Source: Lingula anatina (taxonomy: Eukaryota; Animalia; Brachiopoda). From it: a DNA stretch of 64,000 nt. The stretch lies in NCBI GenBank assembly GCA_051362555.1, contig CM120640.1, positions 12,958,001 through 13,022,000 of the forward strand, written 5' to 3'. The translations under genes were made by a program, and so were the position numbers. The first letter of the stretch is position 1; the number at the start of each line of letters is the position of its first letter. This document shows, piece after piece, positions 1 through 13,725 of this stretch. The notes beneath the pieces were generated by a model that did no database searches, was not told the origin of the DNA, and saw nothing but the letters and a program-made list of their open reading frames with translations.

Positions 1-1378
1 CAAATATATGTTCAAATCTAGCTCACTTTACTGGTAAGTGACACTCTTTTAACTCTGACCATCTCTGTCTACTTCAGTTTGGACTTATCAGCAGTTGTGG
101 AAAATGTATGAATCTTTAATATCAGGTGCTTGAATACTTGGCTGCAAATTGTTCAGTTTAGGATGAGTCATGGTAGTCTATATGGAAAAATGACAGCAAC
201 TCCATTGAGTCATGGCCTTAAGTTTCTGTGTAAAGATATTATTCCCGCAAAGTAAGTTGGATTATCATTGTTCTTTAGTCACCTTGGTCCCTTGTGTAAG
301 AAATTGCAACTTCTGAACAGTGATTTTGAATTGATAGCTTTAGTCAGATCTGATGATGTTATCTGTGATGATTCTGTAATATAAGCATAGCAAGCAGTAT
401 ATTTGTTTAGTCATTCAGCAGTTTTTACTTTTTCAGTGAAACAAACACAATATCCCTATTTTCGCGGACTGTATCTTATTTATCCTAAATCAAACCACTC
501 TAATTTTCCTGGTCTTAAATAAGTTGAAACTACGTTTTTTCGTGAAATTGAGACTTGCACGTCTAAGAATGTTTCAGAAAGTATTCAAGATTGCACTCAA
601 GGATGGATGAGGATTACCTCTTCCACTAATTTAATTATTACACATGTTCCAACAGGGTGAAAACAGGAACCATGTTTACAGTTAGCATTGCTGATTTGGC
701 ATTTATGCGTCTTCACATTTTGGGGAAAGCCTTTCAAAAAAAAAAAAAACAAACAAACAAACAAAAAAAAACTTGTTAAGTATGCTGAAAAGAAGCTTGC
801 ACTGTGTACACATTTCAGCAAATCAATTGGTTTTTGTTTAACAAACATATCCTCTTTCTGTTTTTTCAATGCAATTTAAGTTTGATATATGCATTTATCA
901 TTGTATCTCCTGTTTTTCAGGGTAGCATATTCCACCAAGTATACTTGATGGTACATGAAATGCACACTTTAATGGATGTTTTCATAATTCTTTCTTTTGT
1001 TTGTTTATTTTCTGCAGGGAGGCTTCAAATTTTTTTTTTTTTTTTTTTTTTTTGCAATATGAGACAAAATTAGTGCTATGAGTTCCACTTTGTCACAAAT
1101 TGTTATCTTTGTCATTTCCTTGATCCGTTAGTTAGGTCTGTTGTATTGATTATTCTTATCCCTAATTTTAGTGAAATATCACTGCAGTCATTATAGGTCT
1201 ATCTAGAGTTATTTAATTGATATGTAGGTAAGCTAATATGTTTCAGCTGAGATTTAGTGTGGTTATAAAGCGTGATGTATCACATGTCAGTTGAAATAAG
1301 GAATTGCAGAACAAAATCTCGATCAGTGTTAATCATTGAAATTGTTTTGAATAAATGAATTTTGTTTATTTCTTGCAG

Positions 1379-4300
1379 GAAAAAAGAATGGCACTTTTAA
1401 AGAAGAATGTGGAAAGGGAAGCACGCATAGACTCTCTGAGATCTAAAAGTAGACATGGGATTTTTGGATTTGGCAGCGGCACTCCCAGGGATATATGTGA
1501 GACTCTAAATGCCTCAAAGCGTGCTCAATCTAGCCTTAATTTATCTGCTCATCGCATGACCCCATTTGAGTTCTCTGACTCCTCAGATAGTGAACGTGAG
1601 CGCATGCCCCGCCGAGCTGTGTCTGCATGGCATCTTTTACAACCTGCTAGCAATAGTAGCAAGGCGGTGACATCAACCTCTGCCTCTGAAAAGCGTGGTA
1701 TGCTGTGGCTTTATGAAGCTGTTTTATTTATTTTATTATTATTATTATTGACAGAAAATCATGTTGATATGCAAATTCCACACAAATCTGGTAAACTGCA
1801 TTGTCATGTTCTCTCGACTTTTTGACTAAATGCAATATGTGACAGGCTGATCTGAAAAGTGAAGGAAGCCTTATTTCAGCCCGTTGTTAGATGTTTTACT
1901 GGGAGAGAAAAGTTTTTGCATATTGGATTATATTTTGTCAAAAACCAAACCAGTATGATTTTCAAATAATTTTACTTGTATGTGTAATCATTTGAGTGGC
2001 TTTATGCTAGTGGTAAATGCATTTTAGTTTTGCTTTTCATAAATTGATAATTATTATGTATGTTTTAATTTTTTATTCCCTTTACTTTCTCATATTTTTA
2101 AGTAATAACAGATTGTTGTAGAAGCTTTCAAATTTTGTTCCAGATCATTATTGAAACACTTTGAGCAAAAAGATATGAAATTGCTTTGAATGTACCTTTC
2201 TTTCCTCTATACAAAATTGCTTTTTGCTTTAAATGTGTGTAGCATTATCGTACTAATGTCTTTCAGATACTTCATTAATGACAGTTCCAGAACATCTTGA
2301 CAAATGCTACTTTACAATTTACACATACTGCTAGTGATAAAAATATATACAAATATATCTCTATTAATATAGAGCTAAATACACAAAATTACTGATCTTC
2401 ATTTTTATATAAATTACTTGATTTGATAGCATGACATTGTTTTAGGTATGCCTTCCTTTTTTAGCTGCTTTAATTTTTTTATCTTTTTAAGACTAACTTA
2501 AAGATAGCCTGTAGATCATTCTGATAGTTCTGATGTTCTTGTCTGCTGCTCTTTTCTGCATTAGGTTTTCTCTGTAGAAGCCTTTTCTTTTCTTTTTTTT
2601 TTCACAGATGCATTTTTTATTTCTTTAAAATCTGCATGATATCTGTGTTTGATTGCATGTCTTCAGGCTCCAGCCCAGAATCAACCTCGCCTACGAAAAA
2701 CAAGCGTTTGGCTGGCTCTACTCACTTATCTGTCTCCACTTCTGCATTGTTTCGTAAGAAAAATGAGCTGTCCTTGGCTTCATCTGACAGTAGTAGTTCC
2801 AGAACCATGTCACCTGGTATGTAGACTAACTGGAATGGTGTGTAACATTACCTGTTGTACAGAGGGAATACAGGTTGACCGTTGCTGTAGGTCTTGTGCT
2901 GGCTCCCCTGAGGATGAAATATGTGCTGTGTGCATGCCAGTGAGAACTCTCAATAATGAGTGTGCATGTCTGATTATTTGCACAGTATCTAATGGGATAA
3001 GCATGATAGTTAGCATTTACACCCAGCATGATGGATAGATGATCAGAAAAAAAGATTATTGCTGCTTGTTTGACTGATTGATTAATATTCTCTTGAATGA
3101 TTTTGAATTAAGTAGAGTATGCTGTGTTTGCAATTTTATGATTATATTCTCAATGCTACCTTCAATTTGGCTGGAGAGCATGCAAATAAAAAACATACTC
3201 ATTTATGCATGTGCTTGATAAATTTCTACTTCATGGCTTTTTGAATGTGCATGTTTAACTTCAGTACTGATTTGGTTGGGAGACTGCACCACCATTTAGC
3301 AACCAGACACAAAAACCATATCACATGCTTATTGTTGTACTTAACCTGCTTTATGGCACTGCTTGGCGCAGTTTGAGGCGCAGTGAGCTGCACACATTAT
3401 TCTATGTCATTGAATCCATTTGTATCCTCACCCAGTAGAAACCAATGCAATAATAGGTGCCTTTTTCCTTTGCAATCTTGGCAATATAGCTTTGTAGCAT
3501 GCACGTCTTTTTTTTTCTCAGAGTTAAATAGCGTAGTCATTTTGTCATTGTTACCTCATGCAGCAATTTTCGTAACCATTGACATCCCTTTGTTTTATAA
3601 AAATCAACAGTTAGCATTTCTAGCATTACGTTTAAATAATTTGTTTTCAATTTAAATTTTGTCCATCTCTGAAATTGTAAATCTATTAAGATCATTGATA
3701 GAAGCAGTTAGTGAATAATTTAAAAAAAACTTTTTTTCCTCACATACATATTTAGAATTTTTTCAAAGTTGGAGATTATTTCATGGATTTGCTTTATTTT
3801 TGCTTCTTTTTTTTAGCAGTGTTCCCTTCAGTACACAATGATATCCCCATCAAGCGTAGTCCTTGATCACTGATATGCCTCTTGTGACTGCATCTCTGTA
3901 CAATTAGATAACATTTTAATACACATATTTTTAGGATTTGGTCACACTTGATTTTAAGATTATACAAGTTGCGTAATGAACTAGATACTTAATGAACCAC
4001 TGATTTTATTGTCTAAGGGAAAATGTGTTTATACATATTTACTGGACTGACAATAGCAGGTGCAGCAGTGAGCATTAAGTAAAACACAAAGTGATGCATG
4101 CCCTGTGAATAGAAGCTATTGACCACTTCTTTCCTTTATAAATCAGTCACACTTACAAATCTGCATGCCATACACTGGAGATCAGCTGGTGGCTGTCAGA
4201 CATTCATTTGTTTAATGTGTAGGTGGCCTACAGAGCAGTCACATATGGTTATTGAGTGATTAATCACAAATGCTTGGTTTCTCCCATCTCTGTGTTGGCT

Positions 4301-7300
4301 GGCTGGCTGACAAAAAGGGGCGGTACCCAAGTTGCTCATGCACGTTTTGTTCTTAATAAAAAATTTTATGGGAGCTTCTTTCACACATTTTTGTAATAGA
4401 AATGTATTCATAAAAATGTTGTTGCTTAAAAATTGAAAGTGAATAGTTATATCAGCCTATAATTTTCATATTTACCAATTTTTAAAAAGCTTTTCTGTCT
4501 AAAACATGTTTTTAGTGCATGAACACACAGGTACCTCAACAGCAGCTTAATTGCAATGGAAGTGGCATGGTGGAGGGAAATGAAAAAAATGTTGGTGTTG
4601 GGATTTGGCCTTTTTAAGGCAATAACATTATTAACAGGTCTATTTCACCATGCTGACTTCAGGTCTTAAGGCCATCTCGGAAATCCGCCTCAACTCTTTT
4701 CTAGCCCCTTATGTTTCTCATCAACGTCGTCGCCCTCACAGCACTACGCGCTTAGAGCAAAGAAGTACTGTCGAATGCAAATATCATGTCCCACAACATC
4801 GGCGGCCGCATAGCTGCACCCGTCTAGATCAGTATGGGCAACCTGAATGGATTCCTGTTATACGCAGGGTGGCTGAGCGTAAGGCACGCCCCCGTAGCTT
4901 TGCAGGCACCTCAGCTGGTGTGCCTCCATCGCCTGTCAGAGTGAGACAGAGCCGTAGTACAGAGAGAAAGGCCAGAGGTATATTAACCGTACTAACATAG
5001 GGTTACTGAAGGCATTTGGGTGTTATTGATCATTTGGGTTCTTTTGGTTGCAGGGCATAAAGCAGGTCAGAACACAATCAGAAATTATTCCCTTTTCTTC
5101 TACTGTTCTCTTTAATTCACATAAAAAAATACTTTCAAGTTTGTTAAAAAAAAAAAAAACCTGCTTCTAGTCCTGATATTATAAAACAAACATCAAAAAC
5201 ATGTCTTTAAATATTGGTGTCAGTCGAAACTCTGTGAGTGGTAATGGTTTCCTCCCTGTAACCTTTCTATCTATGTCTGAGTGAAATAGAGAGGAGTGTT
5301 TTGTGCCTGTGGTGCTGTTTATTGTGGAAGTGATTTGATTTTGATACATGAGAAGTCTGATTATTGGTGTTGTGGATATGTGTGAATATTTTTCATCACT
5401 TGATTTTGTCTTTTCTGGATGTTTTATCAAAATGGTAGGTGTTCCCAAGATATTAAGTTCTGTTTTAGCCTCTACTCTTGAGTTAATGTATTATTGATTT
5501 TTGTAGTGCTTTACTGAGCATATAAAACATTGAAAGAATAAAAAAGGCTTTATATTGTACTCTGATAAATATTTTAGAATTTGTATATTCTTAGGGCTTG
5601 AGTGTCAGTCTGACAGTTGATATGAAACTATATGTGTTCCTTAAGTCATATTGAATAATTATGCAGGTGACACTTCTCGCTCCCACCAAGATTTAAACAA
5701 GCCCTTGAAGCCAGAGATCCAGCGTGCTATGGAAAGGTTGTCTCAGCCAAGGACTCCCCCTAAGCCAACAGTGGAAGACAAGGGTGAAACATCAACACCT
5801 CCCTCACATACAAAGACAGAGATTAAAAAGACTGTAGAGAGACTGGCTCAGCCCAAGACCCCCTCAAAGCCACCTTCAGAAAGTAGTGATCACAAAGAGG
5901 AAGAGAAACATGCTACCCCTCTTAAGCCAGAGATTAAACGTAGTATAGACAGGCTAGCTCAGCCAAAAACTCCAGTGAAGGCAGAAGATAAAGTGAATCA
6001 TTCTACTCCCCCTCCCAGCAAGAAGACAGCTAGGGACAGGGCCTCCCCTGCTCCAAGGGAAAGAGCATCACCTGCTCCTGCTAAAGAGGGAGTGTCCCCA
6101 GGACCTACTGCAAAGAGAGGTAAAAAAGATGAAGAAAATTTAAAGATGAAAAAGAAGTCCATAGACAGCATGGTACCACCAGCAAGGAAAGCTGGCCCTG
6201 AAGAAGCATCCCCTGGTTCAGCAGCCAAAACAGGTTCCCCTGTTCATGTTAAAAGAGCAAGCAAGGAGAGAACTCCCCAAAAGGTAATGATGTTATTAAT
6301 TTATGTAGCTAGAACCACGCTCGGCTGTCACCTTGATTGGATAGTAAACGATTGTCGTAAAATCGCTAAATGATATTAAAACCGGGTGCATAAACTTGAA
6401 AACCACCTACAACAACCTTGGACTACCACATTAATCCAATACAATGCAAACATAAACTATAACAAGTGGTTAAAGCCTTCAAACCGAATGTCGTATAGTC
6501 CCCATATACCTCCATAGAGACAATAAAATAGAATGAGCTTGTGAAACAAGAAAAATCCAGTTCCAACATAATAATCGAAATAAAATACTGCCGGGCATCG
6601 GAGCCCCCTAAAACTTGGCATGCTTACCGCTAATACTGCAGGCTACATCATTCCGTCGCTCGTTTGTAAATTCCGTGCATGGCATACGCACAATCAAACC
6701 GTAAAAAACAAATTCTCGGGGTGTCGTTGGCTAGGTCCACTCAACAATCCAATTCAGGAAATGACGTAACCGCAGAGGTCGCATTGTCCAATGGCATGGC
6801 TTCTTTTTCGTAATGGTAGGTTAGAGTGGACCTGGCCAACGACACCCCGAGAATTTGTTTTTTACGGTTTGATTGTGCGTATGCCATGCACGGAATTTAC
6901 AAACGAGCGACGGAATGATGTAGCCTGCAGTATTAGCGGTAAGCGTGCCAAGTTTTAGGGGGCTCCGATGCCCGGCAGTATTTTATTTCGATTATTATGT
7001 TGGAACTGGATTTTTCTTGTTTCACAAGCTCATTCTATTTTATTGTCTCTATGGAGGTATATGGGGACTTTACGACATTCGGTTTGAAGGCTTTAACCAC
7101 TTGTTATAGTTTATGTTTGCATTGTATTGGATTAATGTGGTAGTCCAAGGTTGTTGCAGGTGGTTTTCAAGTTTATGCACCCGGTTTTAATATCATTTAG
7201 CGATTTTACGACAATCGTTTACTATCCAATCAAGGTGACAGCCGAGCGTGGCTAGAACTAACTTACCTCATTTGTGTGTTTCCAGCAAAGCACTTGCAGC

Positions 7301-10300
7301 TTTGAACCAAATGTCAACATCCCCTCCCTTGTGTTTGATTTCCTACTGCATGTTATTTAATTTAGAATTATTCTTTCTTTTTAGTCATGTATAGGAGTAC
7401 TGTTTAACTGATTTATTCAATTCCAAATTATCTCTGATATTATTTTTTTCAATGAGAAGGACATTTCCTTGTTTTCACTTGTTCAGTTTTAAGATGATCA
7501 TTTATGTAACCCTATTGTCCTGTAAAGAGCTTTTTGATGCTTTGTGCAATAATTTTGTCCTTCTAAAGCTGCTACAAATATGATCAAAATTGACGCTTTA
7601 TTGATTGTTTGTTATTAACACACATAAATTTATATATGAATAATTATGTAAATAAGTACAGAGTTATGACCTTCTCATTTCTATTGATATTGTGCATTAT
7701 GACTCGACTTGCATTCTCCCTCCAACTTGATTGTGCTTGTGCTTGTGTGCAATTTTCTTTTCTTGGCTATCAAATTGTGCCATGCTTACAGGGTCCTATG
7801 CGTGCTGTGAAAGTCCACAAAACGCCAGTTTCCATTCTCAAAAAGGTTGGTGTTCCTATCTTTCCTCACTTCATTTATCTTTTTATTATTATCATCACAT
7901 TTAGTTGTTGCAACAAAAAAAATTGACTTGATGTGCTATAGATTGCTTTAGTCTTGTATGTAATGCAAAATAGCCTAAATTTTCTATTTACTTTGTTTGT
8001 AATAGTAGATTAGCTTTATGTGAAAGTTAAATATTAAGGAATATTAGAAAGAATATCATGACTATCTGAAATACTGATTAATGTTTAGATACCTTTATGT
8101 TGACCTGTATGTTATATATGTTTCACTAAAATGTCGAGAAGTATTTTCTTATTTATATTTCTTGATGACATTTTGCTTGCAGCTTATAAGGGTTGATATG
8201 CAATGATAATCAATAGATATGAATGATAAATAGGTTAAATAATTGTGAATGTTTTTGCTTCATTTGATGAGCTCTGCAAATGATATTCTTCCTGCTTTGG
8301 TATATTTAAAAGTAGAGACTGCATTTAATGTCATGTCATTTTTGGACAATTTGATTAATCTTTTAGGCCTTTTTTTCACTAAGTGTAAGGTTTTTATTTG
8401 CTAAGTACTAGTTATTTTGTGTGTCATGAAGCTGGAAAGAAAAGCGGTATTTTCAGAGGCTTTCTTTATCTCTTACTCTCAGATTTGGAAGTGCTTCCAC
8501 ATTTAAAACTCATGGTAATGCCTTTATTTACATAATCACACGTTCCATACAGCGAAAAATCCAGCACAGTGAAAAAAATAAAATTGTCATCTTTAAAATC
8601 CTTAAAGAAACTGCTGTAGAAATGAAGTGCAGCCTTTGTTTTTGTGTCATTGTCTCAATATTCTTGTGAAATCGGAGTAGCTGTAAAGAAATATGATTAA
8701 CCCCATTGCAAATACTGCCAAGACTCCTTCTGACAGATTTTATTTCATTTGAACCCTAAAGACATTTGGTTGTATGGCAGTGTTTATATGTATTTTCTGC
8801 AGTATTTAAAACTAGATTAAAAGGCTCAAGGATTCTCTCAAACATACATGTTATACGTGTCTATTTTCTTTCAGTCAAGTGGAGATTCCCCAAGAGAACC
8901 CAAACCAGAAGAGTCTAAAACCATCAAGTTTGTGGATTCAGTACAAGGTGGGGCATCAGAAACTGCACTGTCCCCAGGGGCTGAGAAAGAAACCCAGGAG
9001 GAAAAGCCACTTGAAGTTGAAGGTAAGGTTTGAAAGAAGCTTGGTATGATATAAGGCATCCAACCTTACAGATTTATTTTTGTAATGAAGAGAAATTGAT
9101 ATTGAATTTCTTGTGAATACCACGTCTTGCCATAAAGTAAAGAGATATTGATTATAAATCATGCTATGCATCTCAGCTGAATGTTTTCAGGTCTTGCACT
9201 TAAACCTGAAGTGATTGTATCTAGGGGTGATGGAGATACAAATATATTTTTTAAATCATTTAATTCAAAATATTCCATTTCTTTACACAGAAAAGTTAAT
9301 AGTGAAAGAAGAGAAGCCTCTGCCCCCACCAGTTCCAGGAGCTGAAGTAGAAATAACAGTTAGTGCAGCATCTGAGGAACCTGAAGCACAGGGGATAGCA
9401 GTAGACAAAGGTGCAGCAGAACAACTAGCAGAGCATTTAGCACAGCAGCTGGAAGATACCACAGCACCTACACAGCTTGAAGTCACAGAAGAACAAGCTC
9501 ATCCAGAGGTTGAAGAACACCCAGTAGTACCAACAAAGAAGCCGGAGCCAGTGCTTCCTAAGCAGCCAGAAGTAGAGGCACCACTGCCAGCAGAGGTGAA
9601 AACAAAGACACCACCACAGAAAGAGTCACCACCATCAACACCAGAGAAGAAAGTGAAGGAGAGTAACAAGCCTGCTCAGTCCCCAGCCCTGCCAGCCAAG
9701 GAGAAACCTCTGACAGAGGAAGAGATTTACAAAGCTAAGCTGGCAGAGAAGAGACGTGAAGCCAGAGAGAAAGCTGAAAGAGAAGCAGAACTAGAGAGAC
9801 AGAGGCAGGAAGAACTGAGGTATCATCAATAGCTTGGCTGCATATACATACCAAGCAACAGCAACATTAAGTTCAGATAATGTGAACTCAAGAAACTCTG
9901 AGTTAATTCAGAGGAATTTGGCAAATGCAATTCAGAACCTTGAATCCATTGAATCTGTTTGGTAATTTCTTTCTTTTTAATGTCTTAATTTATGCCTCCT
10001 CATTGTCTAGTTCTAATTTCCGGTAGAGATATTTCTGAAATGATTCATATATTGATGCTGGCTCGAACAGAAAATGATTAGATTCTTGACTGTTCCAGTA
10101 ACTTCAATATATTGTCATGGTTATGATGATAAGTGTTTACCTTCAGACGCCAAGAGGAAGAAAAGCGCAGACGTGAGGAAGAAGAACAAAAACGTTTTGA
10201 GGAGGAAGAACTAAGAATGGCTGCAGAAGCAAAACGTATTGAAGAGGAAAGGTTAAGGAAAGCTATTGAAGAGGCTGACAGAAGGAGGAAAGAAGAAGAA

Positions 10301-13300
10301 GAGAGGATAGAGAGAGAGCAGAAAGAGGTATAATCAGTATGATACATTGTTTAATAAATAAAAAAATGAATGCTCAAACTTTTCATTTTGAAGCACTTTC
10401 CAATCATTAGTCAATTAGTCAAATTACAAAATAAAAGTGAAATAGCATCTCTTTTAAATGTATCAAGCACTAGCTATTAATGGGAAACATTTTGTTGTAT
10501 CTAGAAAGAAGAGGCAGAAGTCAGAGCCCGTGAAGAAGCAGAGCGCCTGGAAAAAGAACGTCTGGAGAGAATCAAGCGTGAGGAGGCGGAGAGACTGGAG
10601 AGAAAGAAGGTACTGTCAATTTAACAAGTTCAATGTTATTTGGTAATGGAAATTCTATTTGGTGTTAGCATATGTCATTGTTAGCCTCTAGTTAACTCCA
10701 TTGATGAGAGAAGTTTTATCTGTGGAAGCTGCATGACTTCATTAGACAGTTGCTTCAAATTCTGTATGTGACATAGGTGGACTGGTATCTTTTGCTTGTA
10801 CTTTCAGCGCTTAGAAATGATTATGAGAAGGGTGAAGACTGACAATTCTGATTCCTCTCCATCTAAGGTATTTATTTTCCTGGTCTGATATATGAAAGAA
10901 AAAATGTTTAATGGTGAACAATACCAGTCTTGTATTGGAAATTCATGAAACATGCGCTCCTCTCTAGAAACACATTCATAAATTCCAACTACAAATGCGC
11001 CATTAACTGTGACAGATTTGTGATGTGTTTGAAAATTAAATGTTGACATGCTAGAATGTAAACTCAAAGCACATATCTTTTCAAAATAATGTTTGAAATG
11101 GGTTGCATCCAATTTTTAATGTTTTTCAAATGTGCTTTCAACTTTTCTCATGCAATATCAGAGCAGCAACACTACTCCAGCTAGTAACAATACTCCAGTG
11201 AAAGCAGAGGAGCCAAAACCAGAACAAAAACAGGAGGAATCACAGCCAGAGGTGCAACAGACTACAGAAACACCTCAGCCACAGAAAGAGCAAACTCAAG
11301 AGGAACAAGTTGAACCTCCTGTACAAAAACAAGAACTAGGGTCCTCAGAGGAGAGCACTCCCACAGCAAGTCCACGCCCCTCCAGTCCTGCTTTAGCAGT
11401 GCGCCCTGCTAGTCCTGCACTCGCTGCTGATGGTGACAAGCCAAAATTCAAATCCCCACTTCTTCAAAATCTACTGGGACGGGGAAAGATTGGAAATCGT
11501 GCTCAGTCTCCTTCAAAAGAGTTACTGGCTGATAGAGAAGAGGCAAAGGAAGAGCAAAGGGGAGAAGCAAAAGAAAAAGTTTCTCAAGCAGATGAAGATA
11601 AGGATGTAGACACTAAGGAAAGCACAGAACATGATCACAAAAAAGATGACATTGTTTCGAAACCCGAGCCTTCAACTGAGTTGGCAAGCTTGGGTGTCAT
11701 GACATTAGACTTTTCGACACCTCTCAATCCAAGTGAAGAATCAACGGAGAGGGGAATCTCTGAATCTAGCCCTGATAAGCATACCCTCCAAGTTTCTTGT
11801 GATACAAAGAATGGACCTTTAATATCTGTGAATGATGATGCACAGGAAATAATCAGTGTGAATGAACAGGAGTCTGGCAGCTCAGAACAGACTGGTGATG
11901 TTAATGGGATGAATGAATCCAATCCTTTTGCTCAAGACTTGAGACAGATTGTTGCAGAAAGGTATGTATTGAAAGGAATTTGATGAAATGTTCATTAAAA
12001 GTGCACTAGTTTAGTATGATAAGATGGTTCTAACCATGTATATAGCCCTTAATTTTAAACAGTTCAAGATGGTTTTAGCTGGAATCATTTACAAATATTT
12101 TTAATAGACTGCGATATCCTTAACTCAGGGAGGGTAAAACAGAGGAAAACTGAACTTGATGATTTTCAGTTTGTTGTGTATATAATTCTCTTATAAAATG
12201 CCAATATAAAAAGTATAGACATGAGCAAATTACAGAACTTTGTAACTTAGAATTTCTTCATTGTATAGTGTGTAGAACCTAAATACAAGAAAGTCGTTGT
12301 GTATTGAATTTTTTATAAAACTATTCTCTATTCTAGCCTCCTATCATCTCAACAAGGGGCTTCTATGAGTAATGGTGGGGGAGATGCAGATCATCACCAA
12401 CCACCACCACAGCAGCAGTCCTCAGACTTTGAAGAACTAATCGATCTGTCATCAAAAACGAACAATAATATTCAGCAACAGAATGGGTCTCATCCTCATG
12501 ACCTGCCGAAGGGGCTAGGAGACCCTTTTATAGCATTTGAAGAACCCTCTCCCAAAACTCCCCCTAGTAAACAGGAGAATATAGCAGGTAGAATGCATGT
12601 CTGTGGAGACGGTGGTGGTGGTGGGGAGACTGGAGTGAGGGAGGAAAATGCATGTAAAACTAGGGCATGCAAATTAGGTCAAAGTCAAAGATGCAAAGGT
12701 GCAAAGATTAGTGCAGAAACTGGTCAGGTAACAATGAGATAGGCAGGCATTTTTAGGGGAAAAAGTTATTTTTCATTATTTGCAGTACACAAATATGTGA
12801 TCTTATCTTTAATTTCAGAAAAAGAATTAATGAAAGAAAAAAGTTTTATTTGCATAAAATGATTTATTGAGGTAAAAATGTAGTTTTTCATATTATTTCC
12901 TCTATTTAAATTATTTTTCTCCTTAATCTTCAATGAATAGTTAGGTTGGTACTTTGTGTGTCTGTTCTGTCATTTTAGTTGCACCATTTCTGCACTAAGG
13001 CTGTTCCTCCATCCCTCCAATTTCTCAATTTATAGTTTGCTGACGTCGTATGTATACACATGTATATGTATTATTGGTTTTAACAATTTGTTTGTACTTT
13101 AACAAGCTTCAAATGTAACATATTCTTATCATAGATAGTATAGATATAATGTATGTGCATTTTGGTAGGTAGCGATTGTTATATCATATTGACTCTCAGA
13201 AATAAACATAAGTATTTGTCTGTTATTGCTTTAAAGCTACATATGAAGCGAGGGTAAACATCCTGCAACTTATATGAATTATTAGTGCCAGTTCCTCACA

Positions 13301-13725
13301 CAACAGAAATAAAATCGATGAGTCAAAAAAAATTCTCATGGGCAGCAGAAAAGGGCTTTATAACTGCACCCTCTCCAAATTTCTGGTTTTAAGTTTGACC
13401 TACTTATTTCCCTTCCATTCCAAATGACACAATGTAAGGAAAAGGTATCTGTGTGAATACCATTTTTGGGGGAAATAATATAAGGAAACTAAGTTTATTA
13501 AAAGTTTCCTTTTAACTATTTGAAACTATATGGCAGCATTTGGTTTGTTTCACGGCAATAATTTGATATAAGTACTCGCTGAATATGCATCTTTTAAGTA
13601 TTTGTACTGTTTATATATTTTTATCATACAATATTAAAACCAAACTTCCTGCAATATATATGTGGAAATTTGACTTCTGTTCTTCACAAGAAACTAATTT
13701 TTACATTTCAGATCTCCTGTCATAA
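1379..13725 (+). CDS. MAP7/ensconsin-like microtubule-associated protein, 5'-partial (start lies upstream of the window)
   Basis: GT-AG exons with consistent phases: 1379-1697, 2667-2816, 4663-4977, 5667-6283, 8875-9022, 9291-9819, 10147-10327, 10505-10609, 10808-10867, 11162-11961, 12337-12587, 13712-13725 (DLLS*). MAP7-domain features: LAEKRREAREKAERE, an E/R/K-rich helix, and ERLERKKRLEMIMRRVK (cf. vertebrate ERKKRLEEIMKRTR). AATAAA at 15041 and 15716. Confidence 0.85.
6316..7250. mobile_element. Non-autonomous foldback/MITE-type DNA transposon, 935 bp, 427-bp inverted arms, 8-bp TSD GCTAGAAC
   Basis: 6316-6742 is the reverse complement of 6824-7250 with about 4 mismatches seen; 81-bp spacer; termini CACGCTCGGCTGTCACC...GGTGACAGCCGAGCGTG; GCTAGAAC at 6308-6315 and 7251-7258; CpG-rich relative to host; no ORF. 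Confidence 0.95.
7792..7845 (+). CDS. Candidate 54-nt cassette exon of the MAP7-like gene (GPMRAVKVHKTPVSILKK)
   Basis: ttacag acceptor after a pyrimidine-rich stretch; AAG|gttggt donor; phase 0-0 matches flanking junctions 6283/8875; no stop codon. Confidence 0.5.

Noticed and set aside
12114-12128. ATATCCTT/TCCTTAAC U12-like motif
   Set aside because: Not at any junction required by the reading frame; the flanking intron is an ordinary GT-AG.
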